NCBI GenBank assembly: GCA_964291625.2 | Contig: OZ220089.1 | Span: 832,001-896,000, forward strand | DNA from: Candidatus Latescibacterota bacterium | GTDB lineage: Bacteria > Latescibacterota > UBA2968 > UBA8231 | Direction of reading: 5' to 3' | Length of the DNA stretch: 64,000 nucleotides | Shown here: in pieces, positions 1-9,841 of the stretch | Layout: the number at the start of each line of letters is the position of its first letter | How positions within the stretch are numbered: position 1 is the first letter of the stretch | Position numbers and translations under genes: made by a program | The notes under the pieces: generated by a model | Told to the model about the DNA's origin: nothing | The model's database searches: none | What the model saw: only the letters and a program-made list of their open reading frames with translations

Positions 1-94
1 CGGCCTCGCCGGCGTCCTCCTGCCCGCGCAGGCCCAGGCCGTAGGCCAGGCGCGACACCTTCAGGCCGGAGCGGCCGAACTCGACGTATTCCAT
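1..94 (-). CDS. aldo/keto reductase, 5' end only (runs off window); paralog of 117-1106
   Basis: Reverse strand from ATG at 94 reads MEYVEFGRSGLKVSRLAYGLGLRGQEDAGEA, nearly identical to the N-terminus of the next gene; AAGGAG RBS upstream. Confidence 0.85.
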   Translation of the reverse strand, partial: MEYVEFGRSGLKVSRLAYGLGLRGQEDAGEA

Positions 95-116
95 GCTCTT
101 CTCCTTGGGCTGTCGT

Positions 117-1106
117 TCATGTGACGGTCGATCCAGGACGCCGGCCGACCGAGGCCTCGTCGAGACGGGCCCGATCCTCCGGGGTGATCGACCAGCCGGC
201 GGCGCCGGCGTTCTCCTCCACGTGGGCCACCGTGTCGCCGCCGGTGACGGCGGCCGTCACCTCGGGGTGGGAGAGGACCCAGTTGATCGCCGTCTGCGCC
301 ACGGTGCGGCCGTGGGCGGCGGCGACCTCCCGCAGGATCGTCAGGGTCCGGCGCGCCGCCTCTTCGAGGTCCTTCCCCTTCTCCAGGTCTCCGGCGCGGC
401 CCCTGGCGTACAGGATCTCCGTCGGCGGCGGATGGTCCGGGGTGTACGCACCGGAAAGCAGACCCACCGCCAGGGGGCTGTGGGTCATGACCCCGAAGCC
501 CTGATCCCGCTGCGCCGGCCACATCTCGCGCTCCAGCTGGCGGTCGAGGAGATGGTAGCGGTTCTGGATGCAGAGCAGGGGATCGAGCCCGTGCCGGTCC
601 TGGGTCCACAGCGCCTTGAGCACCTGCCAGGCCTGGAAGTTGGAAACGCCCATGTAGCGGGTCTTGCCGGCGCGCACGACGTCGTCGATGGCGCGCAGCG
701 TCTCCTCGAGGGGCGTCCGGTCGTCGTGGGCGTGGAGGATGTAGATGTCGATGTGGTCGGTCTCGAGGCGGGTTAGCGTGCGGTCGATCTCGCGCAGGAT
801 GTGATAGCGCGACAGGCCGCCGTCGTTCGGCCCCTCGCCGATGGGGCCGGCCACCTTGGAGGTGACCACAAGGTCGTCGCGGTGCCGCTTGAGGACCCGG
901 GCCAGGACCTGCTCGGAGGTGCCTCGGATCTTCTCCTCGTCCCCGAGGCCGTAGACGTTGGCGCAGTCGATGAAGTTGATGCCCAACTCGACGGCGCGCT
1001 CGATGGCGCGCTCGGCCTCGCCGGCGTCCTCCTGCCCGCGAAAACCCAGGCCGCAGGCCAGGCGCGACACCTTCAGGCCGGAACGGCCGAGCTCGACGTA
1101 CTCCAT
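117..1106 (-). CDS. aldo/keto reductase (Tas/YajO-like)
   Basis: MEYVELGRSGLKVSRL, GINFIDCANVYG, TSKV, DHIDIYILH, GVSNF, SPLAVGLL motifs; start trimmed from ORF 117..1775. Confidence 0.92.
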   Translation of the reverse strand: MEYVELGRSGLKVSRLACGLGFRGQEDAGEAERAIERAVELGINFIDCANVYGLGDEEKIRGTSEQVLARVLKRHRDDLVVTSKVAGPIGEGPNDGGLSRYHILREIDRTLTRLETDHIDIYILHAHDDRTPLEETLRAIDDVVRAGKTRYMGVSNFQAWQVLKALWTQDRHGLDPLLCIQNRYHLLDRQLEREMWPAQRDQGFGVMTHSPLAVGLLSGAYTPDHPPPTEILYARGRAGDLEKGKDLEEAARRTLTILREVAAAHGRTVAQTAINWVLSHPEVTAAVTGGDTVAHVEENAGAAGWSITPEDRARLDEASVGRRPGSTVT

Positions 1107-1125
1107 GCCTCTCCCGGGACCGCTC

Positions 1126-2214
1126 CTACCGGCCCCAGTCGGGCGGGAAGGGCCGGTAGGCGGGATGGGGATAGCTTCTCTGCGGGAGGGCTCTCGAGCG
1201 AGGGCCCTCGTCTCCGGCGATCGGCTTCGCCAGGGCGGAATCGACCCACTCGATGAAGTCCCAGGCCTCGTCGGCCCGGATGCCGAAGCCGATGTTGCCC
1301 GACGGTACCCGCCTCGGTTCGCCGGTCCGCTGGTCGATGACCAGGGCCTCGGTGCCGGCGTTGTTGACCGCCACGATCCACCCCTCGTGGTCGAAGATGG
1401 GACTGCCGCTCGTGCCGCCCGACAGGTCGAGATTGTGCTGAAGGATGCGGCTGTCTTCCGGGGTGGCTGGCTCGGCCTCCGGGCGATAGGGCCGCAGGGC
1501 GCTGATCGTCCCGTCCTTGAAGGTGGCCAGGGGCACCGTGGTGTTGAGGGGGGCGATCTCGCCGGGGAAACCCATGGTGGCCACGGGCTGACCGACGCGC
1601 AGCTCCCGGGCATGCTCGCGCGGCAGGAAGGACGGCGCCGTCGCGAAGTCGGCATCGACGATGAGGATGCCGATGTCGGGAGATTGCGTCGAGCCGTCGT
1701 AGGCGGGGTGTTCCAGGTACTGATACAGGACATGTGTGTCCCCCCCGCCGATGGCCGTGCCCGACTTGACGGCAAAGGGCCGCGGGCCGTGGTCCCTCAA
1801 CTCGGCGAGAACGTCGATCAGTCCCTGCACCACGTGGGCATTGGTCCAGATGGCGTCGGCATAGTGGGCGCTGAACCCGGTGCCGATGAGGAAGTTCGTG
1901 TCGAAAACCTCGAAGCCGATGGCATAGATCGCCTGGTCCAGTCCGGACTCCTCGATCACGTCCGCCCAGTTCAGGAATCCACCCGGCTCTCCCGCAGCTC
2001 CGGGCGGTCCCTGGGGACCCTGCTCGCCCTGCGGACCCTGGTCACCTGTCTCCCCTTGAGGACCCTCCTGCCCTTGCTCGCCCCGCTCGCCCTGCGGACC
2101 CGCCGGACCCTGGGGACCGGCCTCGCCCGTATCTCCCTGGGGGCCCACGGGCCCCTGCTTTCCCTCGCAGGCGGCGAGAAGGGCCACCAGACTCCAGATG
2201 AAGAGCCGACTCAT
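1126..2214 (-). CDS. lipoprotein with collagen-like Gly-X-Y stalk and trypsin-like (S1) serine protease domain
   Basis: Lipobox LLAAC; 20 G-X-Y triplets; catalytic motifs TNAHVV, DIGIL, GTSGSP. Confidence 0.88.
   Translation of the reverse strand: MSRLFIWSLVALLAACEGKQGPVGPQGDTGEAGPQGPAGPQGERGEQGQEGPQGETGDQGPQGEQGPQGPPGAAGEPGGFLNWADVIEESGLDQAIYAIGFEVFDTNFLIGTGFSAHYADAIWTNAHVVQGLIDVLAELRDHGPRPFAVKSGTAIGGGDTHVLYQYLEHPAYDGSTQSPDIGILIVDADFATAPSFLPREHARELRVGQPVATMGFPGEIAPLNTTVPLATFKDGTISALRPYRPEAEPATPEDSRILQHNLDLSGGTSGSPIFDHEGWIVAVNNAGTEALVIDQRTGEPRRVPSGNIGFGIRADEAWDFIEWVDSALAKPIAGDEGPRSRALPQRSYPHPAYRPFPPDWGR
1984..2163 (-). repeat. collagen-like (Gly-X-Y)20 coding repeat
   Basis: [12 protein letters not shown]...GAA-GEP, 20 uninterrupted triplets. 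Confidence 0.9.
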
Positions 2215-2322
2215 ACGGCTACTGGTAGTCGGCGGCGGTGGCGGGGTCAACTCCCGATGCTATTGGACCGGCTCGCGGGCCTCCGATAGATTGGGCGGAC
2301 CCCCGGCTCCAGAGGATCCGCC

Positions 2323-2973
2323 ATGGAACAACGCGCGAACGAGCACCCGGCCGCCGGCCTCGCCGGCCGGATGATCCGCACCTTCATGGCGCCCGGCGAG
2401 ACCTTCACTTCGATCCGGGAGCGGTCTGCCTGGCTGGACTGGTTCGCCCCGACCCTGATCGTCTGCGCCGCGGACGCGGCGGGCCTCGCAGCCCGCGTGC
2501 CGACCCAGAGCATGGATGCCTGGTTCGACATGGCGCCGGCGTTCCTGATGTCGGCTGCCAACCCCTTCCTGAGGCTCTTCATCGCCGGGGCGGCCCTGCT
2601 CCTGGTGGCCAACTACATCCTCGGCGGCGGGGCGACCTATGGCCGGATGCTGGCCGTGGCCGCCTATGCCTCCTTGGTGACCGTGGCCGATCGGATCGTG
2701 ACCGGGATCCTCTTCCTGGCGACGGATGCCCGGATCGACATCGGGCCGGGTCTCTTGCTCCCCGACGAGGTGCTCGACACCCTCGCTGGCCTTTTGCTGG
2801 CCGGAGTGGACGTCTTCGACCTCTGGCAGGTCCTGCTCACGGCCATCGGCACCGGCGTCATGGCCGGCTGCTCCACGCGCAGGGCCCTGGTTCCCGTGCT
2901 GATCCTGTGGGCAGTCTGGAGTATCCTGCTGGTGGCCGCCATTTCAGCGCTCCACGCTTCGATGGGACGGTGA
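2323..2973 (+). CDS. Yip1-family membrane protein (copy 1)
   Basis: PGETFTSIR..W..P motif, about 5 hydrophobic segments, DVFDLWQVLLTAIG; AGAGG RBS. Confidence 0.75.
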   Translation: MEQRANEHPAAGLAGRMIRTFMAPGETFTSIRERSAWLDWFAPTLIVCAADAAGLAARVPTQSMDAWFDMAPAFLMSAANPFLRLFIAGAALLLVANYILGGGATYGRMLAVAAYASLVTVADRIVTGILFLATDARIDIGPGLLLPDEVLDTLAGLLLAGVDVFDLWQVLLTAIGTGVMAGCSTRRALVPVLILWAVWSILLVAAISALHASMGR

Positions 2974-3021
2974 GGGCAGAGCCGCTCGCCAGGCCTGCCG
3001 CCTTTCGAGAAAGAGGACCCA

Positions 3022-3738
3022 ATGGAATCACGCATGTACGAGGATACAGGCGCCGGCATCGCCGGCCGGATGATCCGCACCCTCACTTCCCCGGGCCGGA
3101 CTTTCGCCTCGGTCCGGGATCAGTCGACCTTGCGGGACTGGCTGATCCCGACTCTCGTCGTGGTGGTGGCGGGTATGGTGACCGGGATCCTGACCCTGCC
3201 CGCGACCATGGAGGCCGGCTCGGAGATGATGCAGGAGCAGTACGAAGGAATGACCGCCGAGGAGCGGGCGATGGCGGAGCAGATGCAGGAGGCGGCGCCG
3301 GCGGTAACCCTCGTGGCGGTGCCCGTCTTCTCCTTCCTGTGGCTGTTCATCGTCGGGGGAGTCATGCTGCTGGTGGCCAACCCCATCCTCGGCGGCGAGG
3401 CCAACTACGGCCAGATGCTGGCGGTGACCGCCTATGCTTCGCTGGTGAAAGTGATCCAGACGATCGTGACCGTGCCCTTCATGGTGAAGACGGGGACCGT
3501 CCTGGTCATCGCTCCGGGCCTGCTCATGTCCGAGGAGATGCTCGCCACCTTCGCGGGACGGGTGCTGTCCGGCCTGGACCTCTTCACGCTCTGGCAGGTC
3601 CTGCTCATGGCCGTCGGCACCGGCGTCATGGCCGGCTGCTCCACGCGCAAGGCCCTGGTCCCGCTGCTGATCCTGTGGGCGGTGATGATCGTGGTCCAAG
3701 CCGGCCTCGGCAGCCTGGGGGACGCCATGCAGCAGTGA
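3022..3738 (+). CDS. Yip1-family membrane protein (copy 2)
   Basis: SPGRTFASVR..WLIP, acidic soluble loop, LDLFTLWQVLLMAVG; paralog of 2323-2973. Confidence 0.8.
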   Translation: MESRMYEDTGAGIAGRMIRTLTSPGRTFASVRDQSTLRDWLIPTLVVVVAGMVTGILTLPATMEAGSEMMQEQYEGMTAEERAMAEQMQEAAPAVTLVAVPVFSFLWLFIVGGVMLLVANPILGGEANYGQMLAVTAYASLVKVIQTIVTVPFMVKTGTVLVIAPGLLMSEEMLATFAGRVLSGLDLFTLWQVLLMAVGTGVMAGCSTRKALVPLLILWAVMIVVQAGLGSLGDAMQQ

Positions 3739-3844
3739 CGGAGGTCCTGGCCGCGAGGGTGAAGGTCCGAAACTCTCGCGCCCGGGGCCTTTCGGCCGGA
3801 GGCTCGCTGGCCTCGGCGGATCACAGCAGTAGCGGGCCCGACCT

Positions 3845-4705
3845 TCATTCCCTTGCAGCACCTGGGATGTTGTAGGATCGGCGCAGTGACTCAAGGTCCT
3901 GCTTCAATTCAGGGCGCATCTCCATCGTGTATATCCGCCCAATATCACCCCTGTTCTGAAACTCGATGAGCTTCTCAAGGTCGCTCGAACGCTGGTGCCA
4001 TGACATGCCATCAGTGACGAGCAGAAACTGAGTGTCTCGTCTCTTCTGTTCAACGATGCGACTGACATCCCCTAGAATGTCGGTCTGCTTGCTGCCAGTC
4101 GCGCCGTAGGCTTTCACCTCGATAAGGATGTTTGCATCCCTGCGCGAAGGGATCGCGAAGTCCGCTTTCTCGGTACTGCTGCCCGAAGCTCCAACGAATC
4201 TGCACCGCTTGTCATAGTTTCCCTCTCCGAATACCTCCAAGACCGTGCTTTCCGTGAAGTCTTCGAGGAACCGCCCGCGTGCCTGGCCCTTGGTTGCGCT
4301 GCCTCTTCCAGACTTCAGTCTCTCGACCAAGATGTCGCGCCAGGTAACCGGAGAGTTGGCCAGAGCCTCAAGGCTTTCGAACAGGCCCAGCTCTCGGAGG
4401 GCCGCCAATAGCCGATTCGGGTCACGACGATATCGGGTAATCCCAGTGCCACCGCCGCCAAGCTGATCACGGAGGGTTGCCTCGAATTCGTCCTTGGACA
4501 GGTCCAGAACGAGTCTGACAGCAGTCCTGCCCGCATCGAAGTCCTGGTCCAGGACTGCCTGGATGTGTTCTTCCTTGAAAGGACCTCCTTCAGGGAAATG
4601 CGAAAGACTGGCGATCACCGCCCGGGCGTGACCGTCCTCCCAAGACGCGTCCAGGCGCCTCAGTTTCCCAAGAATCTCCTCCAGCGACTGTCGTTGGCGT
4701 TCCAA
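3845..4705 (-). CDS. type II restriction endonuclease, DpnII/MboI-like PD-(D/E)XK
   Basis: ADFAIP...IEVKAYGATGSKQ and LVTDG.SW motifs; directly downstream of an adenine MTase; lower GC than flanks. Confidence 0.78.
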   Translation of the reverse strand: MERQRQSLEEILGKLRRLDASWEDGHARAVIASLSHFPEGGPFKEEHIQAVLDQDFDAGRTAVRLVLDLSKDEFEATLRDQLGGGGTGITRYRRDPNRLLAALRELGLFESLEALANSPVTWRDILVERLKSGRGSATKGQARGRFLEDFTESTVLEVFGEGNYDKRCRFVGASGSSTEKADFAIPSRRDANILIEVKAYGATGSKQTDILGDVSRIVEQKRRDTQFLLVTDGMSWHQRSSDLEKLIEFQNRGDIGRIYTMEMRPELKQDLESLRRSYNIPGAARE

Positions 4706-4711
4706 GCGGCT

Positions 4712-5908
4712 CTATGTCCCTACGATGAGATACTCGGTGACCCTGTTTCGCCTGGCCCGACTGTGCGTACCGAAGTGGTAGCGATGAGATCGCTCAAACA
4801 CCTCGACTTCCTTCTTGTATCGTCTCATCTGTCCCACCAGCGCATCGAGCTCCGGATAGCCGTTTGAAGAGTATGAGAGCACCAGGATGGAGTCAGCGAA
4901 TCGCCGGAACATCTCGGAGAATGCTCCAGCGCTCGTGCGTCGATACGAGAATGGAGTATATGGCTTCCTGGTCTTCCTTACTTTGCTGTCCGGGAGAATC
5001 TCCATGCCGTTCCAGTAGCAGGAGAGCCCCTCGAGAAAGTGATAGCGCTTCATGTAGCAGTTGTCGTCGGCACGAGGGACGTACGGTGGATCCATGTACA
5101 CCAAGTCATAGCTATAGGGGGAGATGTCGAATACATCACTGTGATGAGATTTGTTTACACGCCTGTTCGAAAAGACGGCTTCGTTATAGACTTGAACCTG
5201 CTCGATGAAGTGCTCACGGATTGACAGTTGGAGATCCCGTCGACCGTCCTTGTAGCGCTCTGGATCACCCGCGACCGTGAACACGCCACGAGGCTGCCTC
5301 TTCACGCAGGATCGCACCAGTGCCGAGATCGCCAAGGCCTTCTTTCCGGAACTCTTCACGCCCTGGAGATTCCACAAGACACGGTCGAGGAATCGAAGAT
5401 CATCAGGTGCATAGAAGATCCCCGAGAAAGTCTTCTCTATGAATTTGCGATGCCTGGGGTCATAGGAGAGAAGGAACTCGACATCCTCCCCGTCGAGATG
5501 CTCATTCGAATTCTCGACTATCCCTCGAGAAACGGTCGCGCTGAAATTCAGGAAATCATTGGAGGTCGTTTGCTTTCCCATCGCCTTCATCAGGTAGGAA
5601 ACGCAACCAGAACCAGAGAAGGCATCCAGTGCCGTATCGAAGTCCAGATTCGACAGGTTGCCATGGATCCATGACAGAAGGCGGTACTTGCTGCCCATGA
5701 AGCGGAGCTGTGGGAATTGCCGAACCTGCTCCGGTATGGACCCCGGGCTGCGGAGGGAGAAGTCGGCCGCGTCCTGGACGATGGGTTCTAGTGTCGACAC
5801 TTGGCGTGTTCGGTAGCGGCTTGGTCTTGGGATGGAAGCTTGAGGAATCATGCCCGGCAGGGCCTGACCCGTCTGAGACAAGATATCGGCCATTGGTGCT
5901 CTCTCCAA
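4712..5908 (-). CDS. N6-adenine DNA methyltransferase (D12/Dam-like class)
   Basis: FMGSKY, DAFSGSG (SAM binding), DPPY catalytic motif, LSYS; start uncertain (5908 or 5893). Confidence 0.92.
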   Translation of the reverse strand: MERAPMADILSQTGQALPGMIPQASIPRPSRYRTRQVSTLEPIVQDAADFSLRSPGSIPEQVRQFPQLRFMGSKYRLLSWIHGNLSNLDFDTALDAFSGSGCVSYLMKAMGKQTTSNDFLNFSATVSRGIVENSNEHLDGEDVEFLLSYDPRHRKFIEKTFSGIFYAPDDLRFLDRVLWNLQGVKSSGKKALAISALVRSCVKRQPRGVFTVAGDPERYKDGRRDLQLSIREHFIEQVQVYNEAVFSNRRVNKSHHSDVFDISPYSYDLVYMDPPYVPRADDNCYMKRYHFLEGLSCYWNGMEILPDSKVRKTRKPYTPFSYRRTSAGAFSEMFRRFADSILVLSYSSNGYPELDALVGQMRRYKKEVEVFERSHRYHFGTHSRARRNRVTEYLIVGT

Positions 5909-6067
5909 TCTTCCAGCCTTGAGAATCCGGAGGGGGCAGCGGATACCTGCTCAATAGTGCAGTGGTTTGTGTCACCCTGTCAAGGAACTGGCAGGTCCGT
6001 GCCTGTTCCCGGAAGAGAGGTCGCCCGAACCCGGATCTCCCTCTGACTGCCCCAGCCCGGCCCGGGA

Positions 6068-7297
6068 TCACAGCCCCAGGGCGGTGTCGATTTCGGCCTG
6101 GTAGTCGTAGACCTCGGCGCTCTCCACCTCGCTCATGCTGACGGCGCGGCCGAGGACGCTCGACTCGAAGATCGCGTAGACGGCCGCGACGTCCTTCATC
6201 CCTTCGGTGCCGTCCACCTCCACCGGCCGCCCGTGGAGGATCGCCTCTCCCAACTCGAAGTACTCCAGGGCCAGCAGCTTCCAGTCGACGTCGGCGGTGG
6301 CCACTCCCTCGGGGAAGAAGTGGGCGGCCAGGGGCTCGAGCTCGAAGTCCTCGGCCTCGGCGACCAGCTGCTCGTGGCCCTTCTCCTCCATGCCCTCGAC
6401 CTGCAGGACGGCCCGGCCGCCGCGGCTGCCGAAGCTCCTGAGCGCGCCCCCCTCACCGAGGATGCCCTGGCCGCCGCACCCTCCGTGCCCACCGAGGCCG
6501 ACGACCCAGCTGACCATGGCGCCGCCGGCCATGCGCAGGGTCGCCAGGGAGCTGTCCTCGGCCGTGGCCCGCACCTCCTCCTCCATCGCCGTGTGCCGGC
6601 GCTGGTAGAACTCGTAGGGGCTGTCGAGGCGGGCCGGCCGCCTGCGCACCGGCATGGCCAGGCTGACCTGTCCGTGGACTGCCTCGATGTCGCCCAGCTG
6701 GTAGCGGATCAGGTCGGTGTAGTGGACGGCCAGGTCCAGCAGCAGGCCGCCCCGCTCCTTGTCGTGCCGCCACGGCGTGATGAAGATGTCGCGGCCCGGC
6801 GACAGGGCGTGGTAGAAGGCCATGTACGGGCGGCCGATGGCGCCGCGGTCGAGCAGGTGGCGCACAAGGCGCGCCGAGGGATCGCGCCGGAAGTTCTCGG
6901 CCACCGAGAGGATGCGGTTGTTGCGCCGGGCCGCGTCGATGATGCGGTGGCAGCCCCGGACGGTGATGGCCAGGGGTTTCTCCACCATCACGTGCAGCCC
7001 CAGGTCCAGGGCCTGGCAGGCGACGGTGTGGTGGTAGCCGGGGTCGACGACGATGTCGACGGCGTGCAGGTCGGGCACCTCCCGGGCCATCCGCTCCAGG
7101 TCGGTGAAGACCTGCGGGCGCGAGCCGAGGAGCTTCTCCGCCTCGGCGGCGGCGAGCTCCGCGTTCTCCGGGCGGATGTCGCAGACCGCGGCCAGCTCGA
7201 CGTTGGCGAAGGGGGTCCTGGCCAGCTCGGCGAGTCCGTAGAGGTGGCGGGTGCCCATGCCGCCGCAGCCGACGAGGGCGATTCGAATCCGGTCCAT
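6068..7297 (-). CDS. Gfo/Idh/MocA family oxidoreductase
   Basis: IALVGCGGMG, HVMVEKPLA, GGLLLDLAVH. Confidence 0.92.
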   Translation of the reverse strand: MDRIRIALVGCGGMGTRHLYGLAELARTPFANVELAAVCDIRPENAELAAAEAEKLLGSRPQVFTDLERMAREVPDLHAVDIVVDPGYHHTVACQALDLGLHVMVEKPLAITVRGCHRIIDAARRNNRILSVAENFRRDPSARLVRHLLDRGAIGRPYMAFYHALSPGRDIFITPWRHDKERGGLLLDLAVHYTDLIRYQLGDIEAVHGQVSLAMPVRRRPARLDSPYEFYQRRHTAMEEEVRATAEDSSLATLRMAGGAMVSWVVGLGGHGGCGGQGILGEGGALRSFGSRGGRAVLQVEGMEEKGHEQLVAEAEDFELEPLAAHFFPEGVATADVDWKLLALEYFELGEAILHGRPVEVDGTEGMKDVAAVYAIFESSVLGRAVSMSEVESAEVYDYQAEIDTALGL

Positions 7298-7462
7298 GGG
7301 ATCTCCGGGAGTGCTTCGGGGCGCTGCGCGGGAACCTCGCGGGGCGTGCATGAAAGGACTCCAGCCCCCCGCCCGGCAAGCGCCCGGCGGCAACGGGATT
7401 GCCTACCTTCCGGGCGGCACCGCATCTCCCGCCGGAGGATTCCCACCGATGGAGGCACGCCC

Positions 7463-8276
7463 ATGACGGACCCGGCCGCCCGACCCCCGCGAACCCACCG
7501 AGGCGCCGTTCCCCCCGCCCTTGCCGCGGCGATGCTCCTGGCTTCCGCGGTCTCGGCCCAGGACCTGAGCTTCCATGCCGGCATCGAGATCCCGGCCGAA
7601 CACCTCGGGGCCACTCTCGAGAAGAGCGTGGACAACACCGACCCCGCCACCCTGGTGCCCGAGCCGCGGCGCGGCAAGGTCCTTCGGGACGAGGACTCCG
7701 GCGCGGTCACGGCCTCCGGGTTCGGACTGGTCGGCGGCTGCCGCCTGGCCCTGGGGTCGGGAGGCGCCTACGTGGGAGCCGAGGTCGATGTCGCATTCCT
7801 CGGCGGCGCCGTGGACAGCCGGCTCGAAGGGGTCGGGGAGTCTTCCGGACGCAACCAGCTCGGGGAGAGCTGGCCGGACCCCTGGTCCCTCGAGCCGGGC
7901 CGAAGCTACGGATTGACGCTCGAGCTCGGCGGCCCCCGCGGACTCTATGCCCTCGGAGGCGTCCGCCGCCTGGAGGCGCGCTACGAGACCCGCTTCCACG
8001 GCTGCATGGACCCCGGTTCCCTGCTCGCCGGAGGCGGATACCCCCGACTTCGTCTCCGGGACCGACGGCCGCGACCTGGACCTGGAGGGCTGGACAGCCG
8101 GCCTCGGCTGGGAGAAGGGACTGCAGGAGCGGATCTCCATGAGGCTGGAGACGCGCTACACCCGGTACGGAGACCAGGAGTGGACGACGTTGTTCGAGGA
8201 GGTGGGGGTCACCGTGCCGGCCGTCCTGGGGGCCGGCGCCATCGGCCTGTCCGGGAGCCTGGCCTGGCGGTTCTGA
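7463..8276 (+). CDS. outer-membrane beta-barrel protein, frameshifted near 8012
   Basis: Signal peptide MLLASAVSAQ in frame of ORF 6233..8395; continues in frame of ORF 7947..8276 (GWTAGLGWE..RLETRYTRY) ending in terminal Phe (LAWRF); shift at the CCCC run 8011-8014. Confidence 0.7.
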
Positions 8277-8349
8277 AGCAGCTCGTCGGCGAGCGGGTCC
8301 GCTGCTCCCGCGGCCGGACCCGGGTGAGGTCTCCGGCCGCGGGAGGCCG

Positions 8350-9171
8350 TCACTCGACCTCGGGGCCCGCCTCCCCGCCGGGGCCGGAAGCCTGACGGCG
8401 CTCCTGCTCGGCCCGGTTGATCTGGTCGACGATGTCCGCGTGGCCCGCCACCAGGGGGCCCGACCGCGGGCGCGTCACGGGCTCCCCGTCGAAGGTGGTC
8501 ACCCGACCCCCCGCCTCGCGCACGATCAGCATGGCGGCGGCCATGTCCCAGGGCTCGAGGCGGTGATGGAAGAACCCGCCCAGCCCTCCGGCCGCCACGT
8601 GGCACAGGGCCAGCGCCGCCGAGCCCGCCAGCCGCAGGGCCGCCACCCGCGGGCGCAGCGCCGCCGCCAGCTCCATGCTGTCGCGGGCGGCCTCCTCGTC
8701 GTGGGCCAGATCGAAGGCCAGCAGCGCTGACGACAGTGCGGGGTCGCCGCCTGCGGCGATGGAGCTGCCGTTGCAGGCGGCGCCTTCGCCGGCCGCCGCG
8801 GTGAACAGCTCCTCCCGCAGCGGATCGCAGACCACGCCCACCGCCACCTCCCCTCGCACCACGAGGGCCAGGCTCACGGAGATGTAGGGGAAACCGTGGA
8901 CCAGGTTCAGGGTGCCGTCCACGGGGTCGACGATCCACGTCGGCTCGTCACCCAGCGGAGCGTTGACCGTCTCCTCGGTGAGGAAGCGGTGGTCCGGAAA
9001 GGCGGCGCCGACGCGGGCGCGGATGAGGTCGTTCGCCTGCAAGTCGAGGCCGGTGACGAAGTCCGCCCGGCCCTTGGTCTCCACCACGACGGCTTGGTGC
9101 AGGTTGTCCCGCAGGAGGGTCCCCGCCTCCCGCGCCGCGGCCTCGGCGATCGCCCGGGGGGATCCTCCCAT
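8350..9171 (-). CDS. inositol monophosphatase family (SuhB-like)
   Basis: FLTEE, WIVDPVDGTLN, GSAAL, PWDMAAA motifs. Confidence 0.92.
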   Translation of the reverse strand: MGGSPRAIAEAAAREAGTLLRDNLHQAVVVETKGRADFVTGLDLQANDLIRARVGAAFPDHRFLTEETVNAPLGDEPTWIVDPVDGTLNLVHGFPYISVSLALVVRGEVAVGVVCDPLREELFTAAAGEGAACNGSSIAAGGDPALSSALLAFDLAHDEEAARDSMELAAALRPRVAALRLAGSAALALCHVAAGGLGGFFHHRLEPWDMAAAMLIVREAGGRVTTFDGEPVTRPRSGPLVAGHADIVDQINRAEQERRQASGPGGEAGPEVE

Positions 9172-9181
9172 CAGCCGGCGC

Positions 9182-9841
9182 TCAGGGGCCGCCGAAGGAG
9201 AATGAGAAGGCCGTGCCGAAATGGAAGTAGTAGTTGCCGTACGAGTCGGTGAACAGTCCGATCTCCGGGAAGACCGCCGGTCCCTCCACCTCGTCGGGGG
9301 TCATGACCAGTCCCAGGTTGATCCCCGTGAGATACTCCTCCGGGGTGTCGAGGAGGACGATGGTCTTGAACCCCAGGTTGAGCTCGGTCTCCGTCCGTCC
9401 GAGGGGAATCGTGGCGATGAGAGAGGGGTGAACCTGGTAGGACTCGGCGACCTCGATGTCGGGGTCGCCTGGGAAGAGACCGCTGAAGAACAAGCCGACG
9501 GGCAGGAGGAAGGCCAGTCGATCCTCCACGAGGGAGATCTTGGGGTCGAGGGAGACGAACTGGTACCCGTCCTCGAGATTGATCCGGCTGATCCGGCCCC
9601 CGATCTCGAATCTCTCCAGCCCGTGGCGGAACTGGACGTCCACCACCGAGAACCCGTCCTCGTAGTCCCAGTCTTCTCCGCTGATGAAGGCCTGCCGGCT
9701 GATGCCGGCGGTGATCGATGTCTGCCCCGGGTCCAACCGTTGCGCCGTCTGGTGCATGGCGAAGGTATAGCAGCCCGCAAGTGAGAGGGAGAGGACCACG
9801 GCCGTGAGGAGCTGCACCGAGGCTCGCGAGTTCCGCATCAC
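9182..9841 (-). CDS. hypothetical lipoprotein, beta-rich with terminal aromatic strand
   Basis: Lipobox LSLAGC; overlaps stop of upstream gene; alternating hydrophobic strands. Confidence 0.7.
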   Translation of the reverse strand: MMRNSRASVQLLTAVVLSLSLAGCYTFAMHQTAQRLDPGQTSITAGISRQAFISGEDWDYEDGFSVVDVQFRHGLERFEIGGRISRINLEDGYQFVSLDPKISLVEDRLAFLLPVGLFFSGLFPGDPDIEVAESYQVHPSLIATIPLGRTETELNLGFKTIVLLDTPEEYLTGINLGLVMTPDEVEGPAVFPEIGLFTDSYGNYYFHFGTAFSFSFGGP

